Below are positions 10,649 through 20,596 of a stretch of 54,732 bases of DNA, piece after piece (position 1 is the first letter of the stretch; every line of letters starts with the position of its first letter). The position numbers were made by a program, and so were the translations under genes. Where the stretch lies: the IMG/VR virus record IMGVR_UViG_3300025450_000037, positions 1-54,732 of that record; one strand, written 5' to 3'. The stretch comes from a virus (Duplodnaviria; Caudoviricetes). The notes under the pieces are model-generated. The model searched no databases and was not told where the DNA came from. It saw nothing but the letters and a program-made list of their open reading frames with translations.

Positions 10649-10682
10649 TTCAAGACCCCCCGATTTCTCGGAGGGCTTGAAA
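10649..10682 (-). terminator. Hairpin terminator after major tail gene
   Basis: Imperfect inverted repeat ttcaagacccccc-gatttctc-ggagggcttgaa. Confidence 0.55.
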
Positions 10683-10714
10683 TTCTATATTAAGTTTTAT
10701 ATACTAATCTGGGA

Positions 10715-11440
10715 TTAGTTTGTTCCCCATACACGGTCAATTACGACGCCGTATTCAGAACCACCGTATGATGCCTGAGAATCATCAGGGAGCAAACGAA
10801 ATGCAACTGGGAATACAGTTGCTGCGTCACGCTTCAAAGAGTGCATTGTAACATCCATTGAAACTGCACGACGACCGATGTAGATACGCTCTTTATTGCG
10901 TCCTGCATAAGTTTGTGTTGCATCTCCGATTGCATATGGAGCATTACCAACAGCGACAATAACACGTTCTACTGGAGCATCTCCAAGAGAACCTGCTGCC
11001 ATGTTGAGAGTTGCACCGACTTCACCTGTGATAGGATCTGTAAGTTTCAAAGCGTCAACTGCACTGCCTGCTGCATTATAATAAGAATCCATTTGACCCC
11101 ATGCGAGTTGTAGGTTTTCAAGTGTTGCTTCTGAAAGCTCTGTCTTGAGTTCTACTTTAATATCTGACTTAAAAAGTCTAGCTGCGTCAAGTAGTTGATC
11201 AACTTTAACTTCAGCATATGTTGGCTGATAGTTAAGTTCCAAACCAGTGTTTGTCAAACCGACGTTGCGGTATGATGCATTACCATTGAGTGCTGCTGCT
11301 GCTGAAGTACCTGTTGAAGTACCTAGAAGAGTTTTGATATCATTTGGTGTAGTAGTAGGGCGTGGGCTATTGATTCCGTCATTATTAGAGACGAAAATCT
11401 GAGCTGCACCAACTATTACGTTTCTTGTATTTGTAGCCAT
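10715..11440 (-). CDS. Major tail (tube) protein
   Basis: 241 aa. NVIVGAA..., VGLTNTGLELNYQP and VDQLLD motifs; position before the chaperones. Confidence 0.85.
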   Translation of the reverse strand: MATNTRNVIVGAAQIFVSNNDGINSPRPTTTPNDIKTLLGTSTGTSAAAALNGNASYRNVGLTNTGLELNYQPTYAEVKVDQLLDAARLFKSDIKVELKTELSEATLENLQLAWGQMDSYYNAAGSAVDALKLTDPITGEVGATLNMAAGSLGDAPVERVIVAVGNAPYAIGDATQTYAGRNKERIYIGRRAVSMDVTMHSLKRDAATVFPVAFRLLPDDSQASYGGSEYGVVIDRVWGTN

Positions 11441-11538
11441 ATTTTTTATTTCACCACCTTATTTTATTTGTAATAAAACTAGATGACAACTTGCTTCCTC
11501 ATATAGAATCATAGCATTATTTTAAAATAAATCAAATT

Positions 11539-12054
11539 TTAAGAGTATCTTCCAGTGTAGCTGTTTGCTATATCACGTGTATACGAATAGCCTATAGTTA
11601 GTACACCACTCATATATCCACCCTCGTCTGTAAATGGTTGAACTGGGTCCGAGTACTCTATATTAAAAGTAAGGAAATTGAAGGGGCTTCCTTCAGATAG
11701 TTGCAGATTAATATCTTTAGCCGATAGATCATATCTTCTGAACAGATCTGTCAAAAAGTTGCTTATGGTCATAATTCTAGCATTATCCCTAGAAACGATC
11801 ATGAGTGTAATTGACTCATATGTTATCCACCATTGCGGATTTGCTCGCTTTTGAGCTATATCATAGGTTAAAAAATCTTTTCCTGGAAGCAAATTATTTA
11901 TTTCTGGTATTTGCTGTGCAGGGATAATAGGGATCAAAGGCTCGGGAAATCCATCAGGATAATAATCATTTATATCAAAAAGTCCCGCTGCCTGCAATTC
12001 ACTCCAAATAGCATTTCTTACATCATAAGCTGCTACTAACGTATAGTCTGTCAT
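11539..12054 (-). CDS. Tail terminator-like protein
   Basis: Synteny (gene before major tail) and size of 171 aa. Confidence 0.55.
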   Translation of the reverse strand: MTDYTLVAAYDVRNAIWSELQAAGLFDINDYYPDGFPEPLIPIIPAQQIPEINNLLPGKDFLTYDIAQKRANPQWWITYESITLMIVSRDNARIMTISNFLTDLFRRYDLSAKDINLQLSEGSPFNFLTFNIEYSDPVQPFTDEGGYMSGVLTIGYSYTRDIANSYTGRYS

Positions 12055-12770
12055 ACTATAACCTCCTGGTCTAGACCCATTGAAATTATTGAATCTGATA
12101 CCGCTCTTTTTACTGTATTAATGGTAGCATTGTTTTGATTTAATGCAATAGAAACGTTGTTGGATATTTTTTCAAAAAACCCAGAATTGTCCATTGCACT
12201 GTATCCATTATTTGTATACCATTCTAATAAAAATTCTGAAAATGCACCATTTACTCCTTTGCCACCTGGATGTAGTATGTTTATTTGAGTACCAGGCTTT
12301 ACAAAAACTAATCCGCTATCGCCAACAAAAGACAATATTCTTTTTGCAGTAAAAGATACAGATCTACCTTCTTCCATTACTGTTGCTTTATCTGCAAATA
12401 TACTTCTTCTTGTTACAATTTTTCCATTTTTTCCTTGTTGCAAAAGCTCTGGATTGATTGGAACTGGCATTCTAGAAGGTAAAAATTTTGCATTAATTAT
12501 TAATGAGCCATTTAAAACTGAATTTCTTTCAAGAACAAACAACCTACCAGATGGCTCCCCAACTTTACCCCACTCATAAACGTGGTGCATTTTTTTAGGA
12601 TTCATCCTGGCATATCTATCTACAGATTTAACAAACTCTTCACCAGTTACAGTAAATATTCCTTTTGAAATTTCGCTTACAACTGAAGGATTTGTAATTT
12701 GTTTTACATTGCTTAAAAATCCATCAAGATCTGACACTATTTGTTTAGAATCAATGTTAAGAGATATCAT
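12051..12770 (-). CDS. Neck / tail completion protein
   Basis: Synteny in the head-tail connector block; HHVYEWG motif. Confidence 0.5.
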   Translation of the reverse strand: MISLNIDSKQIVSDLDGFLSNVKQITNPSVVSEISKGIFTVTGEEFVKSVDRYARMNPKKMHHVYEWGKVGEPSGRLFVLERNSVLNGSLIINAKFLPSRMPVPINPELLQQGKNGKIVTRRSIFADKATVMEEGRSVSFTAKRILSFVGDSGLVFVKPGTQINILHPGGKGVNGAFSEFLLEWYTNNGYSAMDNSGFFEKISNNVSIALNQNNATINTVKRAVSDSIISMGLDQEVIV

Positions 12771-13203
12771 TATTTTGTGCCTGAACTCTTAGAAGCACAG
12801 CTTCATAATAAGCAATTCTTCCAAATGGATCAAGTGTTGGATGAGAAGAAGTTACTTCAAATATTGTATCTGGATCACCAAACCTATCCATTTCAATAAA
12901 TATTGGTTTATTATCGCTTGAGCGTATATTTTCTATACGCCATCTTTTACTTAAAAGCTCATTACATTTAATTTTAAGCTGAAGTTTTTCGTTATAATCT
13001 CCCTCAGAACCACTTTTAAAAACCTTATTATCTGTTCGTGTTGAAGCACCATGAACTTTTACTGGCTCAATTTTACAATCTATGGTTTTTGCATAAGACC
13101 AACTTCTTAACACAGCACCAGTGTTGGGATCTTGACTGTACTCTTGTATGTATATATCAGCTTTAGTGTTCATTATAGAACCCATTATTGATGCATTAAA
13201 CAT
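12757..13203 (-). CDS. Head-to-tail stopper-like protein
   Basis: Synteny; beta-rich 148 aa. Confidence 0.55.
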   Translation of the reverse strand: MFNASIMGSIMNTKADIYIQEYSQDPNTGAVLRSWSYAKTIDCKIEPVKVHGASTRTDNKVFKSGSEGDYNEKLQLKIKCNELLSKRWRIENIRSSDNKPIFIEMDRFGDPDTIFEVTSSHPTLDPFGRIAYYEAVLLRVQAQNNDIS

Positions 13204-14153
13204 TATATCAACATCATATTAATGTTACGATATTGATCAAGGATGTTATCCACAGTGATATTACCCGTACCATTAAATGCTCCTTTTGACATTTCAAATG
13301 AAATTTCGCTGAGATCAACTTTAGAAAGATATTTATTTCTCCAGTTATAATCATTAGACAATATGTCGTTTACAAGTAGCATAGATGCAATTTTAATATC
13401 CTCTGGCACATATTTATATCCTATATTTCCAACAAATTTGTACCTAGATCCGTCTCTAAATCTTCCATAATAAAGAACGTTTGCATCAACTTCGTTATCG
13501 TATCTAATGTCCCACCCTGGATCTATTAATCTTGCAACGTATCCAGTTTGCGTTAATTCAATATTGTACCCAAATTGATTATAAGCTGGTTGCTGCGTAT
13601 TATCAATAACAAGAATGTCATCTTCATACATCTTATCAACACTTGTCATTCTTTCAACAAGTTGAAGTGCATCAGATCCATTTGCAAACATCTCTTGAGA
13701 ATCATTTCTTAAATAAAATTTAAGACCAGTATATCCGTCAATAATTGTTCTTGCTAATTTTTCTGCATTTTGTATCTCAGATATTGGATGATAATTTATA
13801 TCTGATGGAGTAGCCCCATAGTTTAAAAAATCTATTATCTCGCTAATAGTCGAATAAACTGGTTGAATTTGATAAAAATCTGTTTGAGTTACTGAAAGAC
13901 CATTTATTACATATGTCCATCTTAACTCTAAAACACGAACTGTGTTTGTAACCAGTTGCGTTAATAAAAACCCATACTTACCAGGTTCTGGCTCATCAAT
14001 AACGTTTGACGAATTAAATCCTGATATTGGTAATGCATCATTATCTGCATCATAAATTGATAAAGTTGGGGGGTGATCTGCTTGAGTAAGCACTCCATCA
14101 CTATATACGTAAATGTATACTTTCTCTTGACTTCCTACCTGGATATTCTGCAT
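13203..14153 (-). CDS. Head-to-tail adaptor
   Basis: AEKLARTIIDGYTG and GYKYVPEDIKIASMLL are gp6/gp15-like motifs; it has an extra N-terminal Ig-like region. Confidence 0.7.
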   Translation of the reverse strand: MQNIQVGSQEKVYIYVYSDGVLTQADHPPTLSIYDADNDALPISGFNSSNVIDEPEPGKYGFLLTQLVTNTVRVLELRWTYVINGLSVTQTDFYQIQPVYSTISEIIDFLNYGATPSDINYHPISEIQNAEKLARTIIDGYTGLKFYLRNDSQEMFANGSDALQLVERMTSVDKMYEDDILVIDNTQQPAYNQFGYNIELTQTGYVARLIDPGWDIRYDNEVDANVLYYGRFRDGSRYKFVGNIGYKYVPEDIKIASMLLVNDILSNDYNWRNKYLSKVDLSEISFEMSKGAFNGTGNITVDNILDQYRNINMMLI

Positions 14154-14181
14154 TCAGATTACCCCCCTTTTTATTTATTTT

Positions 14182-14580
14182 TTAGCTGTAAAACTCCTGG
14201 GCTTCTCTAGGCGTTGCTAATCTGAAGCCAGTCTGTCTATCAAAAATTTGTTGTGCATTCTCTTCTGGCATAGCTACAAATGGGTGTTGATCCGTAAAAG
14301 TATATCCCCCCACTTGATATGAATGATTTGTTCTTTCCATTTTTACTAAAACAGAATTAGATTTGTTTGCTGAAGTTGCTGACCGCTTCTTTTGTTCTAT
14401 TGCTGGTACTTTAACTTCTTCTTTTTCGGCATTATTAAACTTATCATACATCTGCCATGTGATTCCTTCTTCAGCAAGACGTGAAACAACCTCATTTTTG
14501 GTTTTTATATCTGAAATATCAACACCAAATGAGTCTGCAATCTTTTTTAATTCTGGCAACTTTAGTTCTGTAAATGACAT
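14182..14580 (-). CDS. Conserved head-region protein with N-terminal Rho-N/HeH-like helix pair
   Basis: LKLPELKKIADSFGV...KTKNEVV pattern; located directly after the capsid gene. Confidence 0.5.
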   Translation of the reverse strand: MSFTELKLPELKKIADSFGVDISDIKTKNEVVSRLAEEGITWQMYDKFNNAEKEEVKVPAIEQKKRSATSANKSNSVLVKMERTNHSYQVGGYTFTDQHPFVAMPEENAQQIFDRQTGFRLATPREAQEFYS

Positions 14581-14622
14581 ATATTTCCTTTCGTCATTGT
14601 TAATTATACCATTAAATGGCTA

Positions 14623-14645
14623 AGGGGAATACATAGTATTCCCCC
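14623..14645 (-). terminator. Hairpin after major capsid gene
   Basis: ggggaatac-ata-gtattcccc inverted repeat. Confidence 0.55.
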
Positions 14646-14664
14646 GCCTTGCATCTAATTAAAA

Positions 14665-15786
14665 TTAGAATGTGTTTCCGTTTAATCCGCCAGTTACATT
14701 TGCACCGTTTGAAACAGAACCTTGGAAATCAAAGCCTGCTACGGAACCTGCAACCTTAACGTTCTTAACGATAACGTGTGCATCGTAGTTCTCCATTTGT
14801 GCGCCAACACGGATAAAGAGAGTGTACTCAATTGTATCCTTCTTTGGCTGGAACAAACGATAGACTGTTACATCACGCTTGATACCAACAATGAAGTTCT
14901 GTGGGAATGTGAGGTGAAGATCACCGTGATCCCCTGCAGCACCTGAGTAGTCACCAGCAACGGTCTCTGTCATCAACGGAACGTTGATAACTGGAATACC
15001 AAATGCAAATGGTGTTACTGTGCCTGGGCCACCATCGTTAGCAGCAACATCACCACGGACGATACCTGAAGCGATATCAAATGGTGTGAAACCTGAAGAG
15101 GTTTCAGCTGTTAGATTATATAGATAATCTTGAACCAAGTTCGATCCTGTGAAGAAGCGAAGTTGATTACGGCGTTGCTTGTACTTACGTGGAAGAGTCT
15201 TGATAGCAAGATTGAAAATTGCTTTGTCAAGACCATTACCTTGTGCATCAACAACGTGAGCGTTGTCAACTGCGAGTTGACGGAATCCCTTGAAAGCTGA
15301 CATAAGACCAGAGCCTGATCCTGTACCATTGATTAGAACATCCTCAATGTCGTTACCAGCCTGGGTAGCCATCAAACGTGCAATGTGATCTTCGAGATCT
15401 GGACCTTCAATATTGTCTTCAAGAGACTCTGAAGAAAGTTCCCAATCAAGACGAAGCTTACGAGTTGTAAGCGAGATCTTATTAAATGTAGCTGCAGCAT
15501 TGGTATAACCCTGAACATAATCACGAGGATTATCTTCTTGTGCAACTGTCATGATGCGCTGTCCAACTGCAACACGATCAATCTCGGTTGTGTTAGAACG
15601 CATACGGATAGTACGAGCTGCCTTAGCAAGAATCGTAGCATCCCACATGTAATCTAGGAAACGGTTAGCCTGATCTGGATAGAGGAGACCATCACCGCTG
15701 AGATTTGAAGAATCTCCAGAAGCATTAACTGCTGAAGAACCTAGATTTGTTGTGTCAATTACTTTTTGTAAAAGTTCATTACTCAT
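14665..15786 (-). CDS. Major capsid protein (HK97 fold)
   Basis: 373 aa. GLLYPDQANRF, ELSSESLEDNIEG and EDVLINGTG motifs; follows the protease/scaffold gene. Confidence 0.93.
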   Translation of the reverse strand: MSNELLQKVIDTTNLGSSAVNASGDSSNLSGDGLLYPDQANRFLDYMWDATILAKAARTIRMRSNTTEIDRVAVGQRIMTVAQEDNPRDYVQGYTNAAATFNKISLTTRKLRLDWELSSESLEDNIEGPDLEDHIARLMATQAGNDIEDVLINGTGSGSGLMSAFKGFRQLAVDNAHVVDAQGNGLDKAIFNLAIKTLPRKYKQRRNQLRFFTGSNLVQDYLYNLTAETSSGFTPFDIASGIVRGDVAANDGGPGTVTPFAFGIPVINVPLMTETVAGDYSGAAGDHGDLHLTFPQNFIVGIKRDVTVYRLFQPKKDTIEYTLFIRVGAQMENYDAHVIVKNVKVAGSVAGFDFQGSVSNGANVTGGLNGNTF

Positions 15787-15820
15787 TTATTTATTTCACC
15801 ACCTTATTTTTTTTGTAGAT

Positions 15821-17185
15821 TTAGTTTAAGCTATTAACCTTGAGGAAGGCTCCTTGCCATACACTTTTATTTATTTTTTTATTTGTCTCCAATGATCCAT
15901 TTAGGTCACTGGACTTCTTAACTGCAGATGCGGATTCAAAGTTGGTTAATTGATGATTTACATATTCAATTTTTCCATACATATCCGTAACTGACTTATT
16001 TAGGGCTTCATATTTTTCGCCCAAATCGGCAATCTGCTTAGCTAAATTAGCAGATGTTTCCTCAAACATCTTGTTAGTAGCTTCTACAGCTGCAGAACTA
16101 TCTGAGTAGTTCTTTGTTAAAGACTCACCAAAGAAGGTTTTTAGGTCAGAAACCATCTTCTCAAAATCAAAAGCATTTTCAACTTCTGAAATAGAAACGG
16201 CTTTTTCAATTGACTCTTCAGCAGCTACTGCTACCTCTTCAATTACCGCAACTTCTTCGGCGGGAGCTTCTGCATCAATTGACTTTTCAATTGTAGCATT
16301 TGTATCTTCTGCCATTGTGTTACCCCCTTCAGCGAGTGAAATATCATCACTCTTAGTTACCTTGTTTTTTTCATTTTGATCAGGATACATAAGTGTTGCA
16401 ACTGTTGAGTCAACTACATTTATATTACCTGCCAAACCTGGAGCTGCTGACTCCGTTGCTTCGTGTGCTGATGTTGGAGCATCATCTTTTGTAAAATAAG
16501 AGTCAATTACTTTTTCAATTGCTTCAAATTTTTCAGTATCAGATTGTTCTACCCAACCAATATTTGTCATGTTTGTATCACAAACAACACAGCTTTTTGT
16601 TGTTGCTGTTGATGTTGATGCAACTTCATCTGTTGAACACCAAAATACATTTTCTGTAATTATGCCTTCTGCCATTTTTTGAATAGAAAAGAAATTAGAT
16701 AGTTGATTTGCTGGTGAATCAACAATGCTAAGTTCGTGCAAATCAAAATTATGAATAACTCTGTGAGACTCTGTTCCATCATCTGATTTCTCCATCTTTG
16801 CATCTACAATATTTCCGCCAATAGAAAAACCTGAATAAGTTCCATCCAAACATTTTTCCCAAGCATCTTGTGCGCCTTTTGATATGTATGCTGTTACATA
16901 AATACCAGAATATTTCTTTTGTGTTGATGGATCAAAAAAATTATCTTCTTTAAAGTTGACCATCTTGCCAACTGCTGAGGATCCATGCATTTCACGAATG
17001 TTTCCTCTAAAATTATCAAAAGCTTTTTTACTTGCTTCTGCTGTTACTATGTCTCCGTGACGATCTAAATTGTCTAATGTGGCAAAACCAGAAACGGTTC
17101 TCTTCTCCTTGTTAACCTTTGTAATAGGAAAGTGGAGGGCCATTGAATTTTCGCTGTTTGTCCAGTACGTTTTTTGAATGTCCAT
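15821..17185 (-). CDS. Prohead protease with C-terminal scaffold
   Basis: VSGFAT..NLDRHGDIV, IREMH, YSGFSIGG and ELSIVDSPAN are HK97-family protease motifs; acidic coiled-coil C-terminus. Confidence 0.9.
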   Translation of the reverse strand: MDIQKTYWTNSENSMALHFPITKVNKEKRTVSGFATLDNLDRHGDIVTAEASKKAFDNFRGNIREMHGSSAVGKMVNFKEDNFFDPSTQKKYSGIYVTAYISKGAQDAWEKCLDGTYSGFSIGGNIVDAKMEKSDDGTESHRVIHNFDLHELSIVDSPANQLSNFFSIQKMAEGIITENVFWCSTDEVASTSTATTKSCVVCDTNMTNIGWVEQSDTEKFEAIEKVIDSYFTKDDAPTSAHEATESAAPGLAGNINVVDSTVATLMYPDQNEKNKVTKSDDISLAEGGNTMAEDTNATIEKSIDAEAPAEEVAVIEEVAVAAEESIEKAVSISEVENAFDFEKMVSDLKTFFGESLTKNYSDSSAAVEATNKMFEETSANLAKQIADLGEKYEALNKSVTDMYGKIEYVNHQLTNFESASAVKKSSDLNGSLETNKKINKSVWQGAFLKVNSLN

Positions 17186-17227
17186 ATGTAAATAAATAAT
17201 AGCAAGTTTTATAAATAAGTCATAATT

Positions 17228-17578
17228 TTAGGGGATATTTTTTATTATATTTGAATTGATTTTTATGACCTTTTTAATATCGGCACCTTCTGGCTTGTAG
17301 GTTTCTCCCGATAAAATTGGATCTGGAACTGATTTAGAATTATCATTTATGTTATTGGCATACGGCGTTTCTATGTGCGATGGAGGCAATACACCAGGGT
17401 CATTAGTTGAATTATGAGATACTAGCCCACCCGTAACAAAGCCAATTATCGGATATGCTAAATGGGCTATATCACGCTGAAAGCCTGTTGCTGCCCAAGC
17501 TGAAATTGCTCCAGTAAAGGCTATACTGAGTTGTTTTGCGTCTCCAACTGTGAACTTAAAATGATGTTTTAGCCTCAT
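17228..17578 (-). CDS. Putative holin
   Basis: Two short hydrophobic segments at the N-terminus; overlaps the endolysin stop. Confidence 0.45.
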   Translation of the reverse strand: MRLKHHFKFTVGDAKQLSIAFTGAISAWAATGFQRDIAHLAYPIIGFVTGGLVSHNSTNDPGVLPPSHIETPYANNINDNSKSVPDPILSGETYKPEGADIKKVIKINSNIIKNIP

Positions 17579-18423
17579 AATGTTCCTTTAAGGTTGTCAT
17601 AAACTATTTGTGGAATTGTATTATTTGCAACCGTTATACCCAATGCTTTTTCATATTGACTTAAACCTGTTATGGTTTGTTTATTCATTGTTCCAGTATC
17701 GTAGGCTTTTGGTAAAAGTCCCGCTTTTTCTAAAGCTTTTTGAACAGTCCAAACTGCATCGTTTGTTTGGCTAATAGCAAAGGAAGCTTGAGATGTGGGA
17801 AATGGTGGAGCAACAAAAACTGTTGTAGATTTAGATAAAGATCCAGAATTTGTTGTTCCTGGATGTGTCGCTAACATGCCTCCAGTTATTGCAGTTGCAG
17901 TTGCTGCAACACCTGCTGTTGCTTTCTTTGTAGTTATTTTAGATACTGCTGGCTGAATTGGCACTGGGTATTTTGGTCTTATTACTGCAATCACAAAAAG
18001 ATAATTTCTATGAACTCTAAAGCATCCTTCTTTTGTAGGATCATTTGGATTACCTGTATTAAATGCAATTGTGGTAAATCCTCCAGGACTTGCATTTTCA
18101 CATAGTTCTACGTGATCTGCTACCCCGTCCCCATTCCAGTCATACATTACCAAATCCCCTGGTTGCATCTGCATCTTATTAACAATAAGGCCTTGCATTT
18201 GAAACCAATGGAGTGCTGCAGGATTAAAAGAAAATCCTTTTGGAGTTTGTGCAGCAATTAAATGTGATAAACCAACTTGCGCAAAGCACCAGCTAATTCC
18301 CATTGCACAATAAGGAGCATTTTTTATACCATACCAATCACCGTATGGATTTTCATTATTAGCACCTTCATAGAAACCAATTTGACTTCTAGCAATATTT
18401 AATACATCTATTGCTGTAGCCAT
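17575..18423 (-). CDS. CHAP-domain endolysin with C-terminal peptidoglycan-binding domain
   Basis: PYCAMGISW (catalytic Cys), PGDLVMYDW..DHVE (His), and C-terminal VWTVQKAL...QYEKALGI PG-binding-1-like pattern. Confidence 0.85.
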   Translation of the reverse strand: MATAIDVLNIARSQIGFYEGANNENPYGDWYGIKNAPYCAMGISWCFAQVGLSHLIAAQTPKGFSFNPAALHWFQMQGLIVNKMQMQPGDLVMYDWNGDGVADHVELCENASPGGFTTIAFNTGNPNDPTKEGCFRVHRNYLFVIAVIRPKYPVPIQPAVSKITTKKATAGVAATATAITGGMLATHPGTTNSGSLSKSTTVFVAPPFPTSQASFAISQTNDAVWTVQKALEKAGLLPKAYDTGTMNKQTITGLSQYEKALGITVANNTIPQIVYDNLKGTL

Positions 18424-18425
18424 TA

Positions 18426-20012
18426 TTAGTTACCTTCTTGGGGACCTTCGCCTTTTGCATTACGAGCTGTACCCATTTTATCTGGCGCATTCAATGTTCT
18501 ATTTTGATCACGTGTCTTATTTCCACTAGCGTCTGATTTTGCATCACCAGCATCTTTTGGATTTAACACAAGAACTGTATCTCCTGTGGCAATAGGAGGA
18601 AGTCCCTTACGTGCACGAACTTCGTTAGGAAGAATAACTTGATCCTTAAGGTAACGATCATCAATTCTTGATTGTGTTTCCTCATCTGTAAGTGCAAGCT
18701 CATTAAATCTAAGAACAAAAGCATCAGTTATTTCACTGATAATCTTGTTAATCTTATACTCAAGTTCTTCTTGTCGTGGACGACATACCTGCTCTTTAAA
18801 TGTTTTATCTGCATCTTTAGCATTTGCCAATGACACGTTTGCTGGCATTCCGAGCTTAGATACTGGAACACGATGTGCAAGGAGAATGCGATCTCTATTT
18901 TCTACAGCATAATTCTTGAATGAAGAATCTTGAATTCCCGCTTCAATTGGCTCCATGTTGAATTCAACACGAGAGTTTTCTCCATCTGATGGAAGAGGAA
19001 TATATAAAGTTCTATGATTGCGACCACGAAGACCAGTCTGGAAGAACTCAAGCAATTTGCGTTCTGCATCAGCAGTAAGTTTTGCTCCCTTTACGGTAAT
19101 TATATAACGTGGTACAGCTTTATTTTCAAAATAGTCTAAGTTAAATCTTTGTGCAAATTCGTCACCCGCAAGTGCGTTTTTGGCAGAAAGAATATCTGGT
19201 ATTCCATAGTATGTATTTGATGGTGAGAATACCTTGAAATGAATTACTTCGTTTGGTTGTGGGTCAGTTCCGATCTGATCTGGGGTCTCAGTATCTCCAA
19301 AATTTCTAAAGAAGGTGTATCGGTTATAAACAACTTGAACAAAACCGTCACGGTGACGACGTATTCTCATAGTTGTTGCAGGTATGTGTCCTAGGTATCC
19401 GATCTTTCCAGTTGCGGTTCTACCAACTTCTAGGTAGCCGTTTCCTGTTGATTCTAAATCAATAAATACTTTTTTCATATTTTCAATAAAAGAATCGTCT
19501 GAGTTCATTGACTCAAGATATCCTCTTAAATCTTCTTTTGATTTTTCAAGCTTTGTACGAAGCTTATCAAGCTTTTTAGGATCAGACATTGCTGATTCAA
19601 CTTTTTCCTTTGTTGCCCAAGTTTCTTCAAACTTGTATCCTAAACCTACAACGTTTGCTGCTTTAGCATTTACAGCAGAGTGATGATATGGAGAAACATC
19701 ATATAATTGTGCAAGATATAAGACGTTGTATGGAGGTTGAACAATTTGAAATAATGAATAGCCTGTTAAATCAAGCGGATCTAATTTTTTAGATTTTGCA
19801 TCTTTTACTCCAGTAAAGGACTTTTCAAGTCTGTTAGCTCTGCGTCTAAAATTATCATTTAGGCCTTCTGATTTTTTAATTTCTTCCCAGCTTACATTGA
19901 ATGGGTCGTCAAATGTTTCTTCAGACTTTGCAACAAGATTAAAATCTTCTCCTGTATAAATTCTTTGTGTGCCGTCCTGATCATCATCATCAGCGGTGGT
20001 TAATCTAGCCAA
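18426..20012 (-). CDS. Portal protein (PBSX/HK97-like)
   Basis: DLESTGNGYLEV, NEVIHFK..YYGIPD, YFENKAVP and ILPNEVRARKGLPP motifs. Confidence 0.93.
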   Translation of the reverse strand: MARLTTADDDDQDGTQRIYTGEDFNLVAKSEETFDDPFNVSWEEIKKSEGLNDNFRRRANRLEKSFTGVKDAKSKKLDPLDLTGYSLFQIVQPPYNVLYLAQLYDVSPYHHSAVNAKAANVVGLGYKFEETWATKEKVESAMSDPKKLDKLRTKLEKSKEDLRGYLESMNSDDSFIENMKKVFIDLESTGNGYLEVGRTATGKIGYLGHIPATTMRIRRHRDGFVQVVYNRYTFFRNFGDTETPDQIGTDPQPNEVIHFKVFSPSNTYYGIPDILSAKNALAGDEFAQRFNLDYFENKAVPRYIITVKGAKLTADAERKLLEFFQTGLRGRNHRTLYIPLPSDGENSRVEFNMEPIEAGIQDSSFKNYAVENRDRILLAHRVPVSKLGMPANVSLANAKDADKTFKEQVCRPRQEELEYKINKIISEITDAFVLRFNELALTDEETQSRIDDRYLKDQVILPNEVRARKGLPPIATGDTVLVLNPKDAGDAKSDASGNKTRDQNRTLNAPDKMGTARNAKGEGPQEGN

Positions 20013-20334
20013 GGTCCATCTCCTTCATATCTCTTACATATTCCATCATAGCTGGCATATCTTGTGGATCTGGAACAAGTCCAATTTGTGCACGTGCTTT
20101 TTGTTCTTCAAGTTCATCATCAGTAACTCTTCTATGACCAGAGAAAAACATTGGATGACCTTCATCTAGGCCTAGCTCTTTTGCAACTTTTTTAAGTTTT
20201 TGAATCTGGCTAATATCTCCACGAATTGCGGGAATGTTTAGAGTGTTATCATCTTCATCTCTAACAATAGAGCCATCTGGCATCTGCCAGACATATATTC
20301 CCCAATTAACTTCGTCTATAGGTGTTACTTTCAT
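20005..20334 (-). CDS. Hypothetical protein upstream of portal (probably leaderless)
   Basis: 109-aa ORF; TGGTAGAAT ends 6 nt before the ATG. Confidence 0.7.
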   Translation of the reverse strand: MKVTPIDEVNWGIYVWQMPDGSIVRDEDDNTLNIPAIRGDISQIQKLKKVAKELGLDEGHPMFFSGHRRVTDDELEEQKARAQIGLVPDPQDMPAMMEYVRDMKEMDLG

Positions 20335-20374
20335 AGTTAAATTCTACCACACTACTGCCACAAAGCTTAAAAAA

Positions 20375-20596
20375 CTATTCTGTAGCTGCCACTTCTTCCC
20401 ACTTATACGTATTTACTCTACGCCATTTTCCATAAAGATTTGGTGTTGGAGATCCTATGTATTGTTGACCTGTTTCCATATCAATCAAAAGCCATTTTTC
20501 AGGGCATTTTGTGTGTATAGTTAAATCAATGGCCTCATCATATTCTTCTGCTGTTCCGCCATTTGCTAAGTCTCTCAAATTACTCGACCATATCAC
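20375..20596 (-). CDS. Hypothetical protein
   Basis: 73 aa; overlaps the stop of the last oxygenase gene. Confidence 0.6.
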   Translation of the reverse strand: MIWSSNLRDLANGGTAEEYDEAIDLTIHTKCPEKWLLIDMETGQQYIGSPTPNLYGKWRRVNTYKWEEVAATE

